From Amoebidium appalachense (lineage: Eukaryota > Protista > Ichthyosporea), in contig CAVNZM010000003.1 in assembly GCA_963693365.1 (NCBI GenBank), forward strand, positions 4,287,106 to 4,351,105: a DNA stretch of 64,000 nucleotides. Reading direction: 5' to 3'. The first letter of the stretch is position 1; each line of letters begins with the position of its first letter. Below the pieces are notes generated by a model. That model searched no databases. It saw nothing but the letters and a program-made list of their open reading frames with translations, and had not been told where the DNA came from. Made by a program: the position numbers and the translations under genes. Of the stretch, positions 45,075-58,216 are shown piece after piece.

Positions 45075-48000
45075 TTTATCCTTCTTCTTCTGGAATGCTC
45101 GGACACTGGGCCCCCAAAAGGGCCTCCCCCCCGGGACACTCGACGATAAAATCAGCTACATACAACAACAGACAAACAACCACACGTTTACAGTGATTTG
45201 CGAAACACAGTTTAAAAACCACCACAAATTCAACTCTACATTGGTCGACACATCCACACACCCCGGTTACGCGAAAAACCGAGGCATTATTGTACTTGCC
45301 GCACCACACGTGAGAGTGAAGTGCAAACCGGTAGCAAAAACGGAATTCTCGGTTTCTATAGAGTTTCTTTCTAATGTTTTTACTTTTGTATATTACCCAC
45401 CATCTATGTCGGTTGTCGAATTGACTCACGAGTTGTCACAGTTACCAATGTCCACTGTTATTTTAGGTGATTTTAACACGCGACTCCACCACACAGACAC
45501 ACTGCAAGTGAGTGTCGGGTACCCATCTAAGCCCCCGGAGCGTGCTATCCCTTTAGCAAGGTATGTCCAAAGTCACACTTTGCGGTTCCCTCAAATATCC
45601 CATGCCCACAACACCGACTGGGGAGTGGCCTTTTGGCCATCAACCATGTCAAAACTCTCTCTCCCTCCTAACCTCTCTAGGTCATCTGACCACTCTCCTA
45701 TCCTTTTCCTACCTAAGATCTCCCTTGATCTGCTCCCCCCTCCCCCTCCCACCTTTCGCCTCCGTCTATCCCAGCTTAAGTCACAGTGGGGTAGAGTTGA
45801 TGTATGTGTATGCTATGCTACGAAACACCCTATATATATGCGCCTATTAGAATCTGCACAAGCCAGGCCAGATTCACATCTCGTACTAGATACATGCACT
45901 AACTTTATTGTTGATGATTTGATAGATCTCGGTGATTATGCTGGCGGTGGTAGGAAGGAATATCCCGATGCTCTCTTGTTACCAAACACCACTCCCGCTA
46001 GACTAGGTGAACCCCTGTCTCAAAAGGAAAGCTTGCGCCGGCTTGCTAGTATGAATCGATTTGGCCCCCCTGCTCGTATTATTGGTGATACCACTGGAGA
46101 CCCCCTCATAGACTCTGATAAGTATTTCTCGGAACTGTTTAAAGATAGGACCCCCGCTCAGAAACCTATTGTGTGGCCTGTAGACCCATCTATCCCCATA
46201 GAATCGATCCTCCCCTTTTTCAGTCCCGATGCCATATGGTCTGTGATATCTAGTTATAGCTCTAGTAAGTCTTGTGGACCTGATGGACTCCCTGCTGGGT
46301 TTCTTAAAATCCTTGTTCCCTCCTACCCACAAAAGGAAAGTGATCGTGCTATTAAACCTGATCTTACTATCATGTTAAGCTCTCTCTTTTCTTGGTGTGT
46401 TAAATGTGGACATGTCCCGTCATCTTGGTTAGATACCTTAGTGATCCCCATAGTTAAGAAGGACTCTGAGGGCCCCATATCATCCTTTCGCCCCATTACA
46501 CTAACCCAGGTTGTTCGTAGATTCTTTGAAGCTTGCTTACTTAGGTTATTTGCACATCACCCTAGGTTTCAATCTATTCTTCACATACACCCATGCCAAT
46601 CCGCTTTTCGTAAAAACAATTCATGTTATGTTCAAATAATGGCACTGCACGATTCTATGCAAGTTGGTGCACAATATGTTGGCTTTATTGATTGGAAAAC
46701 TGCTTACGATTCTGTCTCCCCTGGTCTCCTATGGGAAAAGCTTGCTGCACGGGGTGTACCACACTGCATTGGTGTTCTGTTAGAAGCACTCTTGTCTCAA
46801 ACCTATGGTAGAGCTGTGGTTAATGGGCATCTTTCATATGGTTTTGCTCGTACTAGAGGTCTCTTGCAGGGTTCATTGCTTAGCCCCTTTTTGTTTAACC
46901 TATTTATAGATGATTTGGCTGTCAAGATTTACGCCGAAAACGATGACCCTATTAATAACTTTCCGCCTGCACTTCTCTATGCTGATGATCTGTCCCTCCT
47001 TGCCCGTACCCCTAGACGCCTGCAAAGATTGTTCGATGTAGTGTCAGAGTGGTGCAAGGCAAACCTTATGATCCTTAACATAGACAAATGTGGTGTTCTT
47101 GTACCTGATATAGCTAACAATTTACACACATTTACATTATCATCTAAACCTGTACCTATAGTTCCAGAATACAAATATCTTGGTGTTCCGGTTGATTCTG
47201 TTGGTGTTATGTTTCCCCATATGGTCGAAAAGAGGGTAGAGTTGGCTCGTAAGCGGTTAGCTTTCTTCTCGGCTAATATTTTTAAAGACACACCCCTCCA
47301 TCCTTCTATTAGACTTACATTTATTCGCACTTTTGTCTTCCCGGCATGTGAATATGGTTTACCCCTTCTCGCCGCTTGGATCAAGAAAGAGAGAACTAGA
47401 GCGCTTAAACCCTTGGCAAATTTCCTTGAAGCAGAAGTTGCCTCCTTTCTATCTAACAACTGTTGTAAACCTGGGCCTGTAACGCTCTCGATATATGGTC
47501 TGGTCCCAATAGCTGCTAGAGTATCCTATCTCGCGCTGAAATTCAATAAGCACATAAGCCGCTTAAAGAAGTATTTGCCCTCCCACCCTCTCTTCTCTAT
47601 CCGACCTGTCCCCTCCTCACCTCTCCCCTCTTTCCTCCCCTCTCTCTCCCCTTCTCCCCTGGGCACAAATACAAATAAACCCCGCAATAGTGTGTGTGTG
47701 ACTTTGGACTGCCACTTACTTATTAAACATGTACACAATCACAAGATAATCACGCAATATAACAAATGGAAAAAGATACCACACGACACTAGACCCGATG
47801 AAAGCATACACCTTGAAAAACTAAGCCTTATGTCTCGTTTTATATATACTGACCGCCTCAACCATATTGCCAAATATGGCACTCGCAAGTGTATAACACC
47901 TAAATACATATTACCTTCCTGTAGAACTGGTCTTTCTCTAGCTGATGGTATTATTGATCAATTACCACGCTTTTACTGTACACGTGCTATACAGTGGAGA

Positions 48001-48261
48001 TCTAATAAGTATAAGGTGGCATCATTTGCATGCCCAAACAACACACACACACACCAGTTTAACCGGTCATGTATCGCCAAATGTAGTTTGATAGACCACA
48101 TAATACCGCAACACACACACGTCACATTCACAACAGACACCCAGAAAGATAGCCTACCTGTAAATTACAACATCCTTGATTTTATACTAAACACGCGTAA
48201 CTACGACCTGTTTATTAGATGTATTGATTGGCTTGAGAAACACATCACTACAAAATTATAG
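45067..48261 (+). CDS. LINE ORF2 APE-RT (copy 3)
   Basis: 1064 aa. I saw only two residue differences from copy 1 (KIPHDT/KIPNDT, YTDRL/YTNRL). Confidence 0.96.
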   Translation: MPNLSFFFWNARTLGPQKGLPPGTLDDKISYIQQQTNNHTFTVICETQFKNHHKFNSTLVDTSTHPGYAKNRGIIVLAAPHVRVKCKPVAKTEFSVSIEFLSNVFTFVYYPPSMSVVELTHELSQLPMSTVILGDFNTRLHHTDTLQVSVGYPSKPPERAIPLARYVQSHTLRFPQISHAHNTDWGVAFWPSTMSKLSLPPNLSRSSDHSPILFLPKISLDLLPPPPPTFRLRLSQLKSQWGRVDVCVCYATKHPIYMRLLESAQARPDSHLVLDTCTNFIVDDLIDLGDYAGGGRKEYPDALLLPNTTPARLGEPLSQKESLRRLASMNRFGPPARIIGDTTGDPLIDSDKYFSELFKDRTPAQKPIVWPVDPSIPIESILPFFSPDAIWSVISSYSSSKSCGPDGLPAGFLKILVPSYPQKESDRAIKPDLTIMLSSLFSWCVKCGHVPSSWLDTLVIPIVKKDSEGPISSFRPITLTQVVRRFFEACLLRLFAHHPRFQSILHIHPCQSAFRKNNSCYVQIMALHDSMQVGAQYVGFIDWKTAYDSVSPGLLWEKLAARGVPHCIGVLLEALLSQTYGRAVVNGHLSYGFARTRGLLQGSLLSPFLFNLFIDDLAVKIYAENDDPINNFPPALLYADDLSLLARTPRRLQRLFDVVSEWCKANLMILNIDKCGVLVPDIANNLHTFTLSSKPVPIVPEYKYLGVPVDSVGVMFPHMVEKRVELARKRLAFFSANIFKDTPLHPSIRLTFIRTFVFPACEYGLPLLAAWIKKERTRALKPLANFLEAEVASFLSNNCCKPGPVTLSIYGLVPIAARVSYLALKFNKHISRLKKYLPSHPLFSIRPVPSSPLPSFLPSLSPSPLGTNTNKPRNSVCVTLDCHLLIKHVHNHKIITQYNKWKKIPHDTRPDESIHLEKLSLMSRFIYTDRLNHIAKYGTRKCITPKYILPSCRTGLSLADGIIDQLPRFYCTRAIQWRSNKYKVASFACPNNTHTHQFNRSCIAKCSLIDHIIPQHTHVTFTTDTQKDSLPVNYNILDFILNTRNYDLFIRCIDWLEKHITTKL

Positions 48262-48265
48262 CGCA

Positions 48266-48336
<71 letters not shown>

Positions 48337-48368
48337 CCAGCTGATACCGAGTGTCCCGAGGGGAGCCC

Positions 48369-48409
<41 letters not shown>

Positions 48410-48604
48410 GGGGAACCCCAACTAATTGATTTCTCCTTGTAGTCTTTATGGTGTCTCGTAGAGAAAGTAAACCCTGATATATAGTCACCACCCGACATCT
48501 ATGTACGTGATCATGATATACCGCTGAGGGGATATTCCGAGCAAAACCCCCCCCCCCATACCTGAGACTGGTTCTCTTTGCCTCGAGTAAACAGCGTAAA
48601 CCCC

Positions 48605-51140
48605 ATTGCTATCAGCACTCTCAATTGCCATGCTGATACTGTCGCGGTACTCTACTACACCTGCGTTGATGCCGTAGGTCCCACCGCGCCTTGTAGTCAT
48701 AGACGGATAGGCACTTCTGGTTGCAACCTGCAACTCTGCACTATCTTCCTCGTCTCCTGACCCTGCCGCGTCCGAATCGCCGCTGTCCTCGCCCGCGCCG
48801 TCGCCGATAGCATCTGAATCATATCCACTGTCAGTGCCGATTGTAGGCTTCCGAAAGGAATGTTGCTTCTTGGCGCTGATTGGATTCCTCGATTCCATGC
48901 TCTGCTGATTTCCGATTGGCTTATGCATCAGCAATTCCATTGGCTCATCTTGCACCACCGGAATACCGGCCTTTGGGGTGCATGATTCATCGATCACCAC
49001 ATCTCGCCCGACGATAGTCTTGCGCGCCTCGGTGTCCCACAACAAGTACGTCTTGCTGTCACCTGTGTAGCCGACGAATTTACACTCCCGACTCTTGGCG
49101 TCTAGCTTCCTGCGCTCGTCCTTCGGCACATGGACAAATGCCTTGCTACCAAATACACGTAGATGGCTAACATCGGGCTTCTCTCCATACCATGCCTCCC
49201 AAGGTGTCATGCCACCCAGTACTGTGGTTGGCGTCAGGTTCTTGATGTACACAGCTGCCTGTACTGCCAGCTGCCAGAACCCCATACTCATGCCTGCTGA
49301 CTGCAGCATGCAGCGCGCCGTCTCGACAATGGTCCTGTTAGCCCTCTCTGCTACACCATTCTGCTCTGGTGTGTAAGGGACTGTCGCCTCATGTTCAATG
49401 CCGCACGCTTCCAGGAACGACTTGAACTCAGTGGAGGTGTACTCACCCCCGTTGTCGGAACGCAGAATCTTGATGCTGGCACCGTGTTGCTTCTCTACGT
49501 GTGCCTGATTTATGTTTCATGAAGTACACCGTAGTGAACCTTGTCTTGTCGTCGATGAAGGTGACATAATACTTGGAACCTTGCAGCGACTCCTTGTTGA
49601 ACGGTCCTGCCACATCAGAATGAACTCTGTCGAGCTTCGCTGGCGCTGTCTTGCGGGGTAGCTTACTGAAAGAGAGCCGGGCTTGCTTCCCTCTCGCGCA
49701 TCCCTCGCACACACCGTCATCCTGGGTTTTGCAGTCGATGCACAGACCCTCGACGATGTTTTCTTTAACCATCTTCTGTAGCGTGTTTATTGCCACATGA
49801 CCAAACCGCCGGTGCCATAAACTGGCGCTGCCCTTTACCGGCTCACACACGGTGTTACCCCCACTGCTGCCGACTGCAGTGGTCACCATGTTCACGCTCT
49901 CACATACGGGTTTCACTAGGAGACGATACAGGCCTCCCTCCACTACCCCGCGGGCCACAACTTGGCCATCTGTGGCACTCTCAATCGTACACTGTCGACC
50001 GTCGGTGATGCCTCTTAACCCGTGCTTGCCGGCGCTTGAAGCCGACATCACGTTAGTTCCAAATGCTGGCACGTACAGCACATTCTGCAGTCTAAATGTC
50101 ATGCTGTTGCCCTGGAACTCACTTGTTAATCTTACGACGCCTATTCCTAGCGCCATCACACCCGGGGTGTTACCCAGAGCGACGGGTTTGGGTGTGATCG
50201 ACCGGAAGTCTTCCATCCAGTCCTTTCGGCATGTGACATGGGAGGTTGCGCCGCAGTCCCAATACCACTCAATTGAAGAAGGGAGTCCGCTGTTTACCGC
50301 CATGGCGAGTATCTCCTTGGAAGCTCCGTTCTGCTTCGCCTTGTCGCCGCGATTGCCGCCCTTCTTCTTCTTTGGACACTGTGACTTGTAGTGCCCAAAC
50401 TTGTGACATTTGTAACACTCCACCTTGGATATGTCAGTCACGCGCGGCTTGCCGGTGTCCTGTCGTGGCGTACCGCCGCGCCATTGGGTGCTGGTCATCA
50501 TCACCCGCTGCTGTTCCCTTGCAGCCTCGTTCTCCTCAAAACCACGCAGCTTGGCGATTATCTTTTCCATTGTCTTCTCAGCTGCTGGTAAAGCTTGAAT
50601 GGTCCTAACGTCGGTGCGGAATCGGTCGTCAGCGCCTACACCGTCCAGGAATTTCTCGGCAACCATGTCCTCACTAACTCCATTGGGGTCGATATGAAGA
50701 AGATCCTGCACAATGCACTCCAGACGGGCCGCATACTCCAGCACGCTTTCCGTCGGCATCATATCAGCACGCCAGAACTGTTGAATCAACATTCTCTTGT
50801 GCTCATCTGTGTTGCGCGCAGCGTATGATGCTGCCGTATCCCATATGTCCTTGGGATTTCCTACGGCAATAGCTCGCCGACACAGGCTTGCAGGTACATC
50901 ACCTAGTGTCTCCACCAGGTAGGAAGTCGCCTTCTTCTGGTCCAAGGGGTCGATCTCCACCGGAGGTTGCTCCACCAGTTCGCCGTCCTCTCCTATCACT
51001 TCAGGAGCCACGTCTTCAATCGTGTACCATAATTCCTCGCCCTCGAGGAAGCACTTCATGCGCATGGCCCACATTGAGTAGGAGATTTTGCCCTTGCCTT
51101 CTCCTTCATACATGGGAACTGGACATTTTGCTCTTCCCAT
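48605..51140 (-). pseudogene. Copia gag-protease-integrase, frameshifted in integrase
   Basis: Zinc knuckle CYKCHKFGHYKSQC, protease WYWDCGATSH, GAG-pre-integrase LWHRRFGH...CEGC, and integrase HSDV. After a frameshift near 49505 come ILRSDNGGEY, PEQNGVAER and LRVFGS. Confidence 0.92.
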
Positions 51141-51174
51141 CTTGTCTCAACAGTCGCTTGATCGTAGCGTTGCA

Positions 51175-51188
51175 CTGGGCCCATAACC
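51175..51188 (-). promoter_or_regulatory. Primer-binding site GGTTATGGGCCCAG (internal/half tRNAiMet type)
   Basis: Lies immediately inside the 5' LTR and matches the PBS known from Drosophila copia. Confidence 0.85.
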
Positions 51189-51493
51189 GTAACTTAGAGG
51201 TTTCTCTGTGAGACTTTATTATTTGCTGACTTACATTGACTGGCCTGCCGGGACCTTTATATACTTGTGGTCTGGCTAACTGGAATGTTACATACTATTC
51301 CCGATTGGTCTACCCGCCGCTATGGATCTAGTCGCTACCAATCAAAACACTCCAATAGAATCTTCTAGACTCTTCTAGATCTATCCTGATCTATCGTGAA
51401 CCTATCCACCAGTTTATCCCGAATATCTCGAACATTCCCGATCACTAGTGCTACGCTAACGCAGGGCATACCGGATGGCTATCCTGTTCGACA
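51189..51493 (-). repeat. Copia 5' LTR
   Basis: Same as the 3' LTR apart from one internal substitution seen (ggcaaacc/ggcatacc) and the base at the PBS junction. Confidence 0.95.
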
Positions 51494-52035
51494 CCTTTTC
51501 CCCCCCCCAAGACTTTGTCTTCTTTGCTTTGTTAGAGATGTGTGGAGGTGTGTGTGCTTCCGGCGGGGAAAGGGAAGGGAAGGTGCTCAAAGAAGCCCTC
51601 AGTAACGTCTCTCTTATCCCACAATCGAAAACGCCTGGAAACCCTATGTACACACCTGTCTGGGAAGGGTTGGTGCATTTGGGCGACCCTTTCTTGTGGT
51701 ATATAACTGCACTAGTTGTGCACCATGGCATTTGCTGTCCTGCGTGCTTGGTATAGCCCAGGCAAGTCTCTGATCAGAGATGTATGTGGCAAAAAGGTTG
51801 CCTCTTTCCAATGCGGCTGAAAGAAACGACTTTTCCACATTACCGACATATAGCCCCCCCCTCCCCCCACCCCACCCCACCCCACCCACCCATCCTACCC
51901 AACCCATACGCTCTCCCTTTTCGTCGGATACTTGAGGAGGATTTAAAAGAAGACAAGACAACAAAGTAAAGAGAGAGAAGAAAAAAAAAGTGAAAGGAAT
52001 AGGCAACCAACAGTGTGTGTGTTTGTAGCGGTTTG

Positions 52036-52153
<118 letters not shown>

Positions 52154-53561
52154 CCCGGGCTATGTGGCGCTGCTGTGTGTGTTTGCATGTGTGCATCATC
52201 TATGTGTGTGCTTTCTATGTCGACATTCTGACCCGTTGTGTCCCTCTGGAAGGGGTACCACCGCCGAACGAAATGAGCCTGCATGGTCCGTAGGACCCGG
52301 CAAACCCCAGTCATCTTGTTTATTAGGGAGGTGTTGAGACCCGAAGCAAGCCTGTGGCCGGGAAGTAAAACCGTGGAATGCCAGTTCCTGGTCTAAAACC
52401 CTACCTTAGGTCTGCACCTTAAATACGAAATTATTTAGCCAATAAAAATGCACGAATAGAAGAACTTCGTAGATGTGGAACAGGAGGTCTATTGGGGATG
52501 GTGGGTAGGGAAACAAGAAACAGGGAAAGTTGATTACTAAGGGCAACTGACTGAGCTGGTGAGAACTGCCATCGATCTGGCCGCCTTATATACCTACGTG
52601 TAAGTGCCAGAATATACAACAATAGTGCACGAGTTGGCATATGCATTTCGCACGCACGTGCACAGCACGATTCTTCATTAGTTGCACATCTTTGGTTTAC
52701 ACAGGTTGCACGAGCACATAGCATACATGGTTAGGTACGATCGTTTATTTGTGCTTTATCTCCCTTTATTTCATAAGCATGTCCGGCATGCTCTTGTTTG
52801 CCCTCTGTTATTCATTAGGCACGTGTGGTGTTCATAGTTTGTTTAGCTATTGGCGATAGCGAGAGGAAAGCACGCATCCGACGATTGTTGTGCATGCTTT
52901 TCATGTTTTCTGTGTAGTCGGGTGTTGTGTCTGCGATTGGACCGTATGAGGGGAATGCAGTTTGATTTCCGTTCATGTACGTGTCGTTATATGATTGGTC
53001 AGATTTTTAGTATTCATAGTATTTGCCAATCAGATGCGCAAATACCTTTGGATAGATCTGTATTCATGGAATCTGCCTGCGGCAGATAAATAGGTGAGAA
53101 TCGAGCATAATAAATTAGACGTAGATTGACAGAACATGCAACTGTGTTTCTACCTCTCCACACTACCCTCTCTGTTAGTGCTGTGGCATCGTGCATTGCC
53201 CAGCACCACTCTGCACGTGTTTATGTCTGTTAGTTTAGTGGCCTGATCACCCACGTATACTCTCATTCATATGCATGTGTGCCCAGGTACGTATTAGTTG
53301 TAGTGTGTACACTCTCCTAGTCAGGCGAGAATAGTAGGGACTTTTACCGTAAGTCAGAACTTTTCTTGCAGTAAGCCCACATTGGGATCTGATTGGCTGG
53401 AGGCGAATCAAACAATCCCGAACCCAACCAAACACAAACAAACCCTCGAGCCAATCGGAAGCTAGAGGAAATACAACTACCTACGTGCTCGACAGAACAC
53501 AATTTATGTCAATGAATTTCACAAATCAACCTATATATCATATATATATAATGATGATATA

Positions 53562-53639
<78 letters not shown>

Positions 53640-53715
53640 TATGATACATACTATATATTTATATATCATTATATATATAGCATATACTATTATAGTATAT
53701 ATGTATATATCATAC

Positions 53716-53753
<38 letters not shown>

Positions 53754-56700
53754 ATATATACATATACACTATATATGTAAAAGATAGCAAATCTGGCAGA
53801 CACCACGGTGTGGACCTACGGGAGATTGGCAAATCAATTTCCACCTAAACGTTCTCTTCCTTTTGTGTTTCTTCCCGATTATCCCCTTACTGAGTGCCCC
53901 CTCCCCCCCCCCCCCTCCCCCCCCCCCTTCCCCCTCCCCCCTCCCCCCCGGCCCCTGCCTCTCCCCCTCCCCCTCCCCCCCCCCCCCCCCCCTCCCCCAC
54001 TTTTTTTTGTCATGATTGTGTGTGTCAGTGTGCGTGTGAAGGGCTCTCTCTCTGTGTGTGTGTGACTGACTGAGTGTTTATTTGTGTGTCTGTCTGTGTG
54101 TGTGTGTTTGTGTGTGCTTGTGTGTGCGCACGCGGGCATGTGTGTGTCACCGTAGTGGGGAAGGGATTAGAGCCCGCGAGGGAGGAGAGGGGGGAGGGGG
54201 GGGGGGGGGGGGGATTAAAGATGATTAGTAACTATTACATGTACCCCATGGAACTCGACATGACTCACTAAAGGAGTGTTTGCACTTGTTGACCGATTCA
54301 TGCACTAACCCCACTGTGACTATTCTAAAGAAGGCCGAGAATTGAGACAGCAAGGAACACCTACTGGTCAGTGTCCTAAGCAACGAATTTGCCGGTCGAA
54401 TGTACAGTACATGCTTTGTGTCGTTGACCCACAATTATTTGTCCGATTCTGGTTTGTGTCATAATGAGCCGTATTTTTTTGTCCAGTTTGGCGGCCTGCC
54501 CCTTTATTGCATCTGCAAACCCATAATAGAAAGGTTTCTGCATGAAGTTTTGCCGTAGAGACACCTTTATGGTGCATTTGCTGCTCCATCGGCCGCCCAT
54601 TTAGCCAAAAAGGAGTTTGCAAAAAAGGGTCGCCTGAACACGTAGCTGAATGAGTTCCTCCTGAAAACCTTCGCGTGAGCATCATAATTCTTCCTTCTTC
54701 AGATCATTAAGGTTATATGTATTTTTGTCAAGGGGCACATCATGGTGCAGGAGATTGGCTGGTCCCACAGGAGTACAACTGCTTTCCCTTTAGCAACTTA
54801 AAAGTTTTGTCGGCATTTATGGATGACATGCATGCAATTCTCCTTGTATGTCATTTCCCAAGATAAATATGATAGTCATGCAAACTTTTTCCTGTTACTA
54901 AATATGCGAGTCGTTCGGTGTGTATTCAAGCTCTCCCACAAATACACACTGTGAGAACCACAGAAACATGAATATACGTATTCATTATACATACTAGATG
55001 TAGCAGGGTGGCAAGAAGTTGGTTGTCGTACCAAGAGAAGTCAGAAAAAACTTTAAGCAGGTAGTACTAATCTCCTCCCACAATCAGCATGCTTAAATCA
55101 CTTTCCAATAGAGGGGATTCGATAAAGCTAGCACGTTTCGGGGGACGTAGCCATTTGACTTGCACATTGCACCAATTATGCAACCAAAGGACAGGTTCAC
55201 TGGCAGGCAGTGTATCTTCCCTTGTGTGGGGGTCAGAAAATTTCCCCCCTTCAAATGCAGCAGAATCAAATTACATACATGCGATCAGAGTTCTCACAAT
55301 GTACACTGAAGTTTGCATGGATGAAACGTGTATTGCCTCGGTATTAATACTTGATCAGTAGCCAAGATTTTAGGCTGAATGCTCCAGCAATGACATTTAC
55401 ACAAACAAGTCCCACGGGCTCCAAATAATGCTTTTTGAGGCCGTCGTGCCGTTGCACCTCCCGTTAGGTTACACACAATGACTCCCTTCCTTCCTCCTAC
55501 TAAGGTGCTTAATCCCCCCCCCCCCCCCCCCTCCCCCAAGCACATACACATCCCTCTCCTCCCCTCTCCCCCCCCCCCCCCCCTCCCCTCTCCTTAACCA
55601 CACCCCCTTTCCCCGCTCTCCCCCCCTCCCCCCCCCCCCAAAAAAAAAAAAAAAAAACAAACACAAAAAAAAAAAAACAATAAATAAAGATTAAAAAGAA
55701 TAATAATAAAAATTGAATGAAAGAAAAAGAAACTCTCGGGACAGTGCACACTATATCCGGTGTGCATCTGCATGCGAAATCATATGCGTACCATCTTCCA
55801 TTTTGTTGTGTTTTTCTTTCCCCCGGGTACGGTAACAAGTAGTGGGCACAAATAAGCCCTCATAAACTTCTCACTTATCCCAAAATCAAGCATCCAAAAA
55901 GTCTTTTAGCACAACAATCTGCAGCAACGCTTGGTTCATTTGGGCAACTTTTCCATGTTGTACTGCACTGCATAGCTGTGCACTTGCATCTTTGATAGGA
56001 AGTGGCCAATGCGAGTCTAGGATTAGAGGGACTTGCAGCTTGGCCTTGGCAGCAAGGTTGCCCCTTTTCAATGCGGCTGAAGAAAAAAACCGTCCGGTTC
56101 CTAGATAACCAAATACACCCACCACCCGCCTCCCCCTCCAGACTCACTTCCCCAGAATTCACTCCCCAGCCCTGTTACAAGCCCCACCTCACTCACCCCC
56201 CCCCCCCCCCTCCCCCCCCCCCCCCCCCCTTCTTCCCCTCCCATTCGACTGCCCTAACCCACCCCATCGCTCTCCTTCCCTGTCGAGTATCCGAGGAAGG
56301 TCAAAGGAAAAGCAAGAAGAAAAGAGAGTGAGAAAAAGAGCAAAAGGAAATGCAATACAGTTTAACGTAAAGTATGTGTGTGTGTGCCAGTGTGTGTGTG
56401 CAATGGTTTGGTCATGTGCGTGTTTGTGTGTGTGTGTGTGGCCCATGCTATGTGGGGCTACTCTGGGTTTCCATGTGCGCACGTGTGTATGTGTGTGTCA
56501 CGGCGGGTCTACTTATCTAGTATAGAACGTTCTTTTAATGACGCAACTTATCTGTGTGCGTGTCCCCCCCCCCCCCCCCCCCCCCCCCGGGGCCCAGCAC
56601 CCTTTTCTCAAATTGTGCATGTAACAGTTTGTGTTCGAGCCCTCTTTTGCTCTCTAAATCTCAAATTGAATTTAGTCCCTCTTTTTTTGCTTTCTTTTTT

Positions 56701-57219
56701 TTTTCTTTCTTTCCAAATTGGCAAGGTCTGGTGGGGGGGGGGTGGGGGTGGGGGGTGATTGGGTTGGGGGTCTGGTGACATACAAACATCATGCTCATGC
56801 CCACGATTGAAATCTTTTTTTCTTTTTCTATCAGGGCATCTTGACTCCCAAATTAATCATTCATCCCCCCCCCCCCCCCCTCCCCCTTCCCCCCCCCCCC
56901 CCCCCCCCCCCCCCCCCACCAAACAAAAAAAAAAAAGGAAAAGAAAAAGAAAGAAAAAAAAAGAAAAGAAAAGAAAAGAAAAGAAAAGAAAAGAAAAGAA
57001 AAGAGAAAAGAAAGAAAAAGAAAAGAATAATTTGAACTAAAACATACGAGGTCTGTAACAGATAGCAAAACATTACAGTGTGGACCCAGGAGGGATCGAC
57101 GAGCCAATTTCCCCTTGGATGTCACTGGTAGAATCTGTCCCAATCAGTGTTTCTTTCCAAAGGCCCCCCCCACTCAGCGCTTGGAACCCCCCCCGGCCCT
57201 CTCCCCTTTTTTTTGGCTA

Positions 57220-57369
<150 letters not shown>

Positions 57370-57413
57370 CGCGTGTGCTTGTGTGTGTGCGTGCGCGTGT
57401 GCTTGCGTGTGTG

Positions 57414-57557
<144 letters not shown>

Positions 57558-58148
57558 ACCATAGTAAGCAGGGGAGTTCGGCCGGGAAAGAGGCGGGTTT
57601 AGGAATGATTAACAACTATACCATATATACCATGCACCTGGAAATAGCTCATTCTCCCACTTCTCCCACTCATTCAGCCAGAAGTGACTTGGCGAAAATG
57701 GCCGCCCAAAACACAGAGGCTCAATGGCTTCCTCCTGTGGAAGGTTCTCGTGAGTGCCAACATTTCATACTGATCAAAATTAAGGGTTTCTGCATTGTTG
57801 TTCAGGTTCGTGTTAATAAAGTCAAGGTTGTGTGCTTTTTTTTTTTTTTCTGGTTCAGAGCACCTTATGCCAGACACATGAAAATGGTTGGCTGCCTGGC
57901 AACACGATATGAAGAATCACTTTTTGGACTGTTGGAGGGCTCAAAGTATGCAAACCGCCTCCCCCCCCTCCCCCCGGTCGACTTTTTCCTATCCGATATA
58001 TTTAGAAAGGTTTTCTTCTAAAACATTTTCGACAATGTGCAGGTGTGTGTGGGGAAAAAAGAACGGTGTGGTAATTCATACCCCTTAAATATGTTCGTCC
58101 GACGGATCAGGTGTGTGTATGTGTATGCGCGCGCGCGCGCGCGCGCGC

Positions 58149-58216
<68 letters not shown>

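Larger units (their letters stand above)
43788..48604 (+). mobile_element. LINE copy 3, intact ORF1/ORF2, nested in the Copia element
   Basis: TSD ATTGCTATCA at 43727-43736 and 48605-48614 encloses the filler, LINE, A36 and 3' module. Removing the insertion restores the Copia frame IESADSNEDDPVTLEEA. Confidence 0.96.
43076..51493 (-). mobile_element. Ty1/copia LTR retrotransposon, internally deleted (non-autonomous), interrupted by LINE copy 3
   Basis: LTRs at 43076-43381 and 51189-51493 are near-identical with TG...CA outer ends. TSD CCTTT at 43071-43075 and 51494-51498. PBS GGTTATGGGCCCAG, PPT AAGTGGGGG, and gag-PR-INT order. Confidence 0.95.

Noticed and set aside
52218-53494. Possible solo LTR bounded by TGTCGA...TCGACA with TATA- and AATAAA-like motifs
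   Set aside because: No target-site duplication and no second copy in the window.
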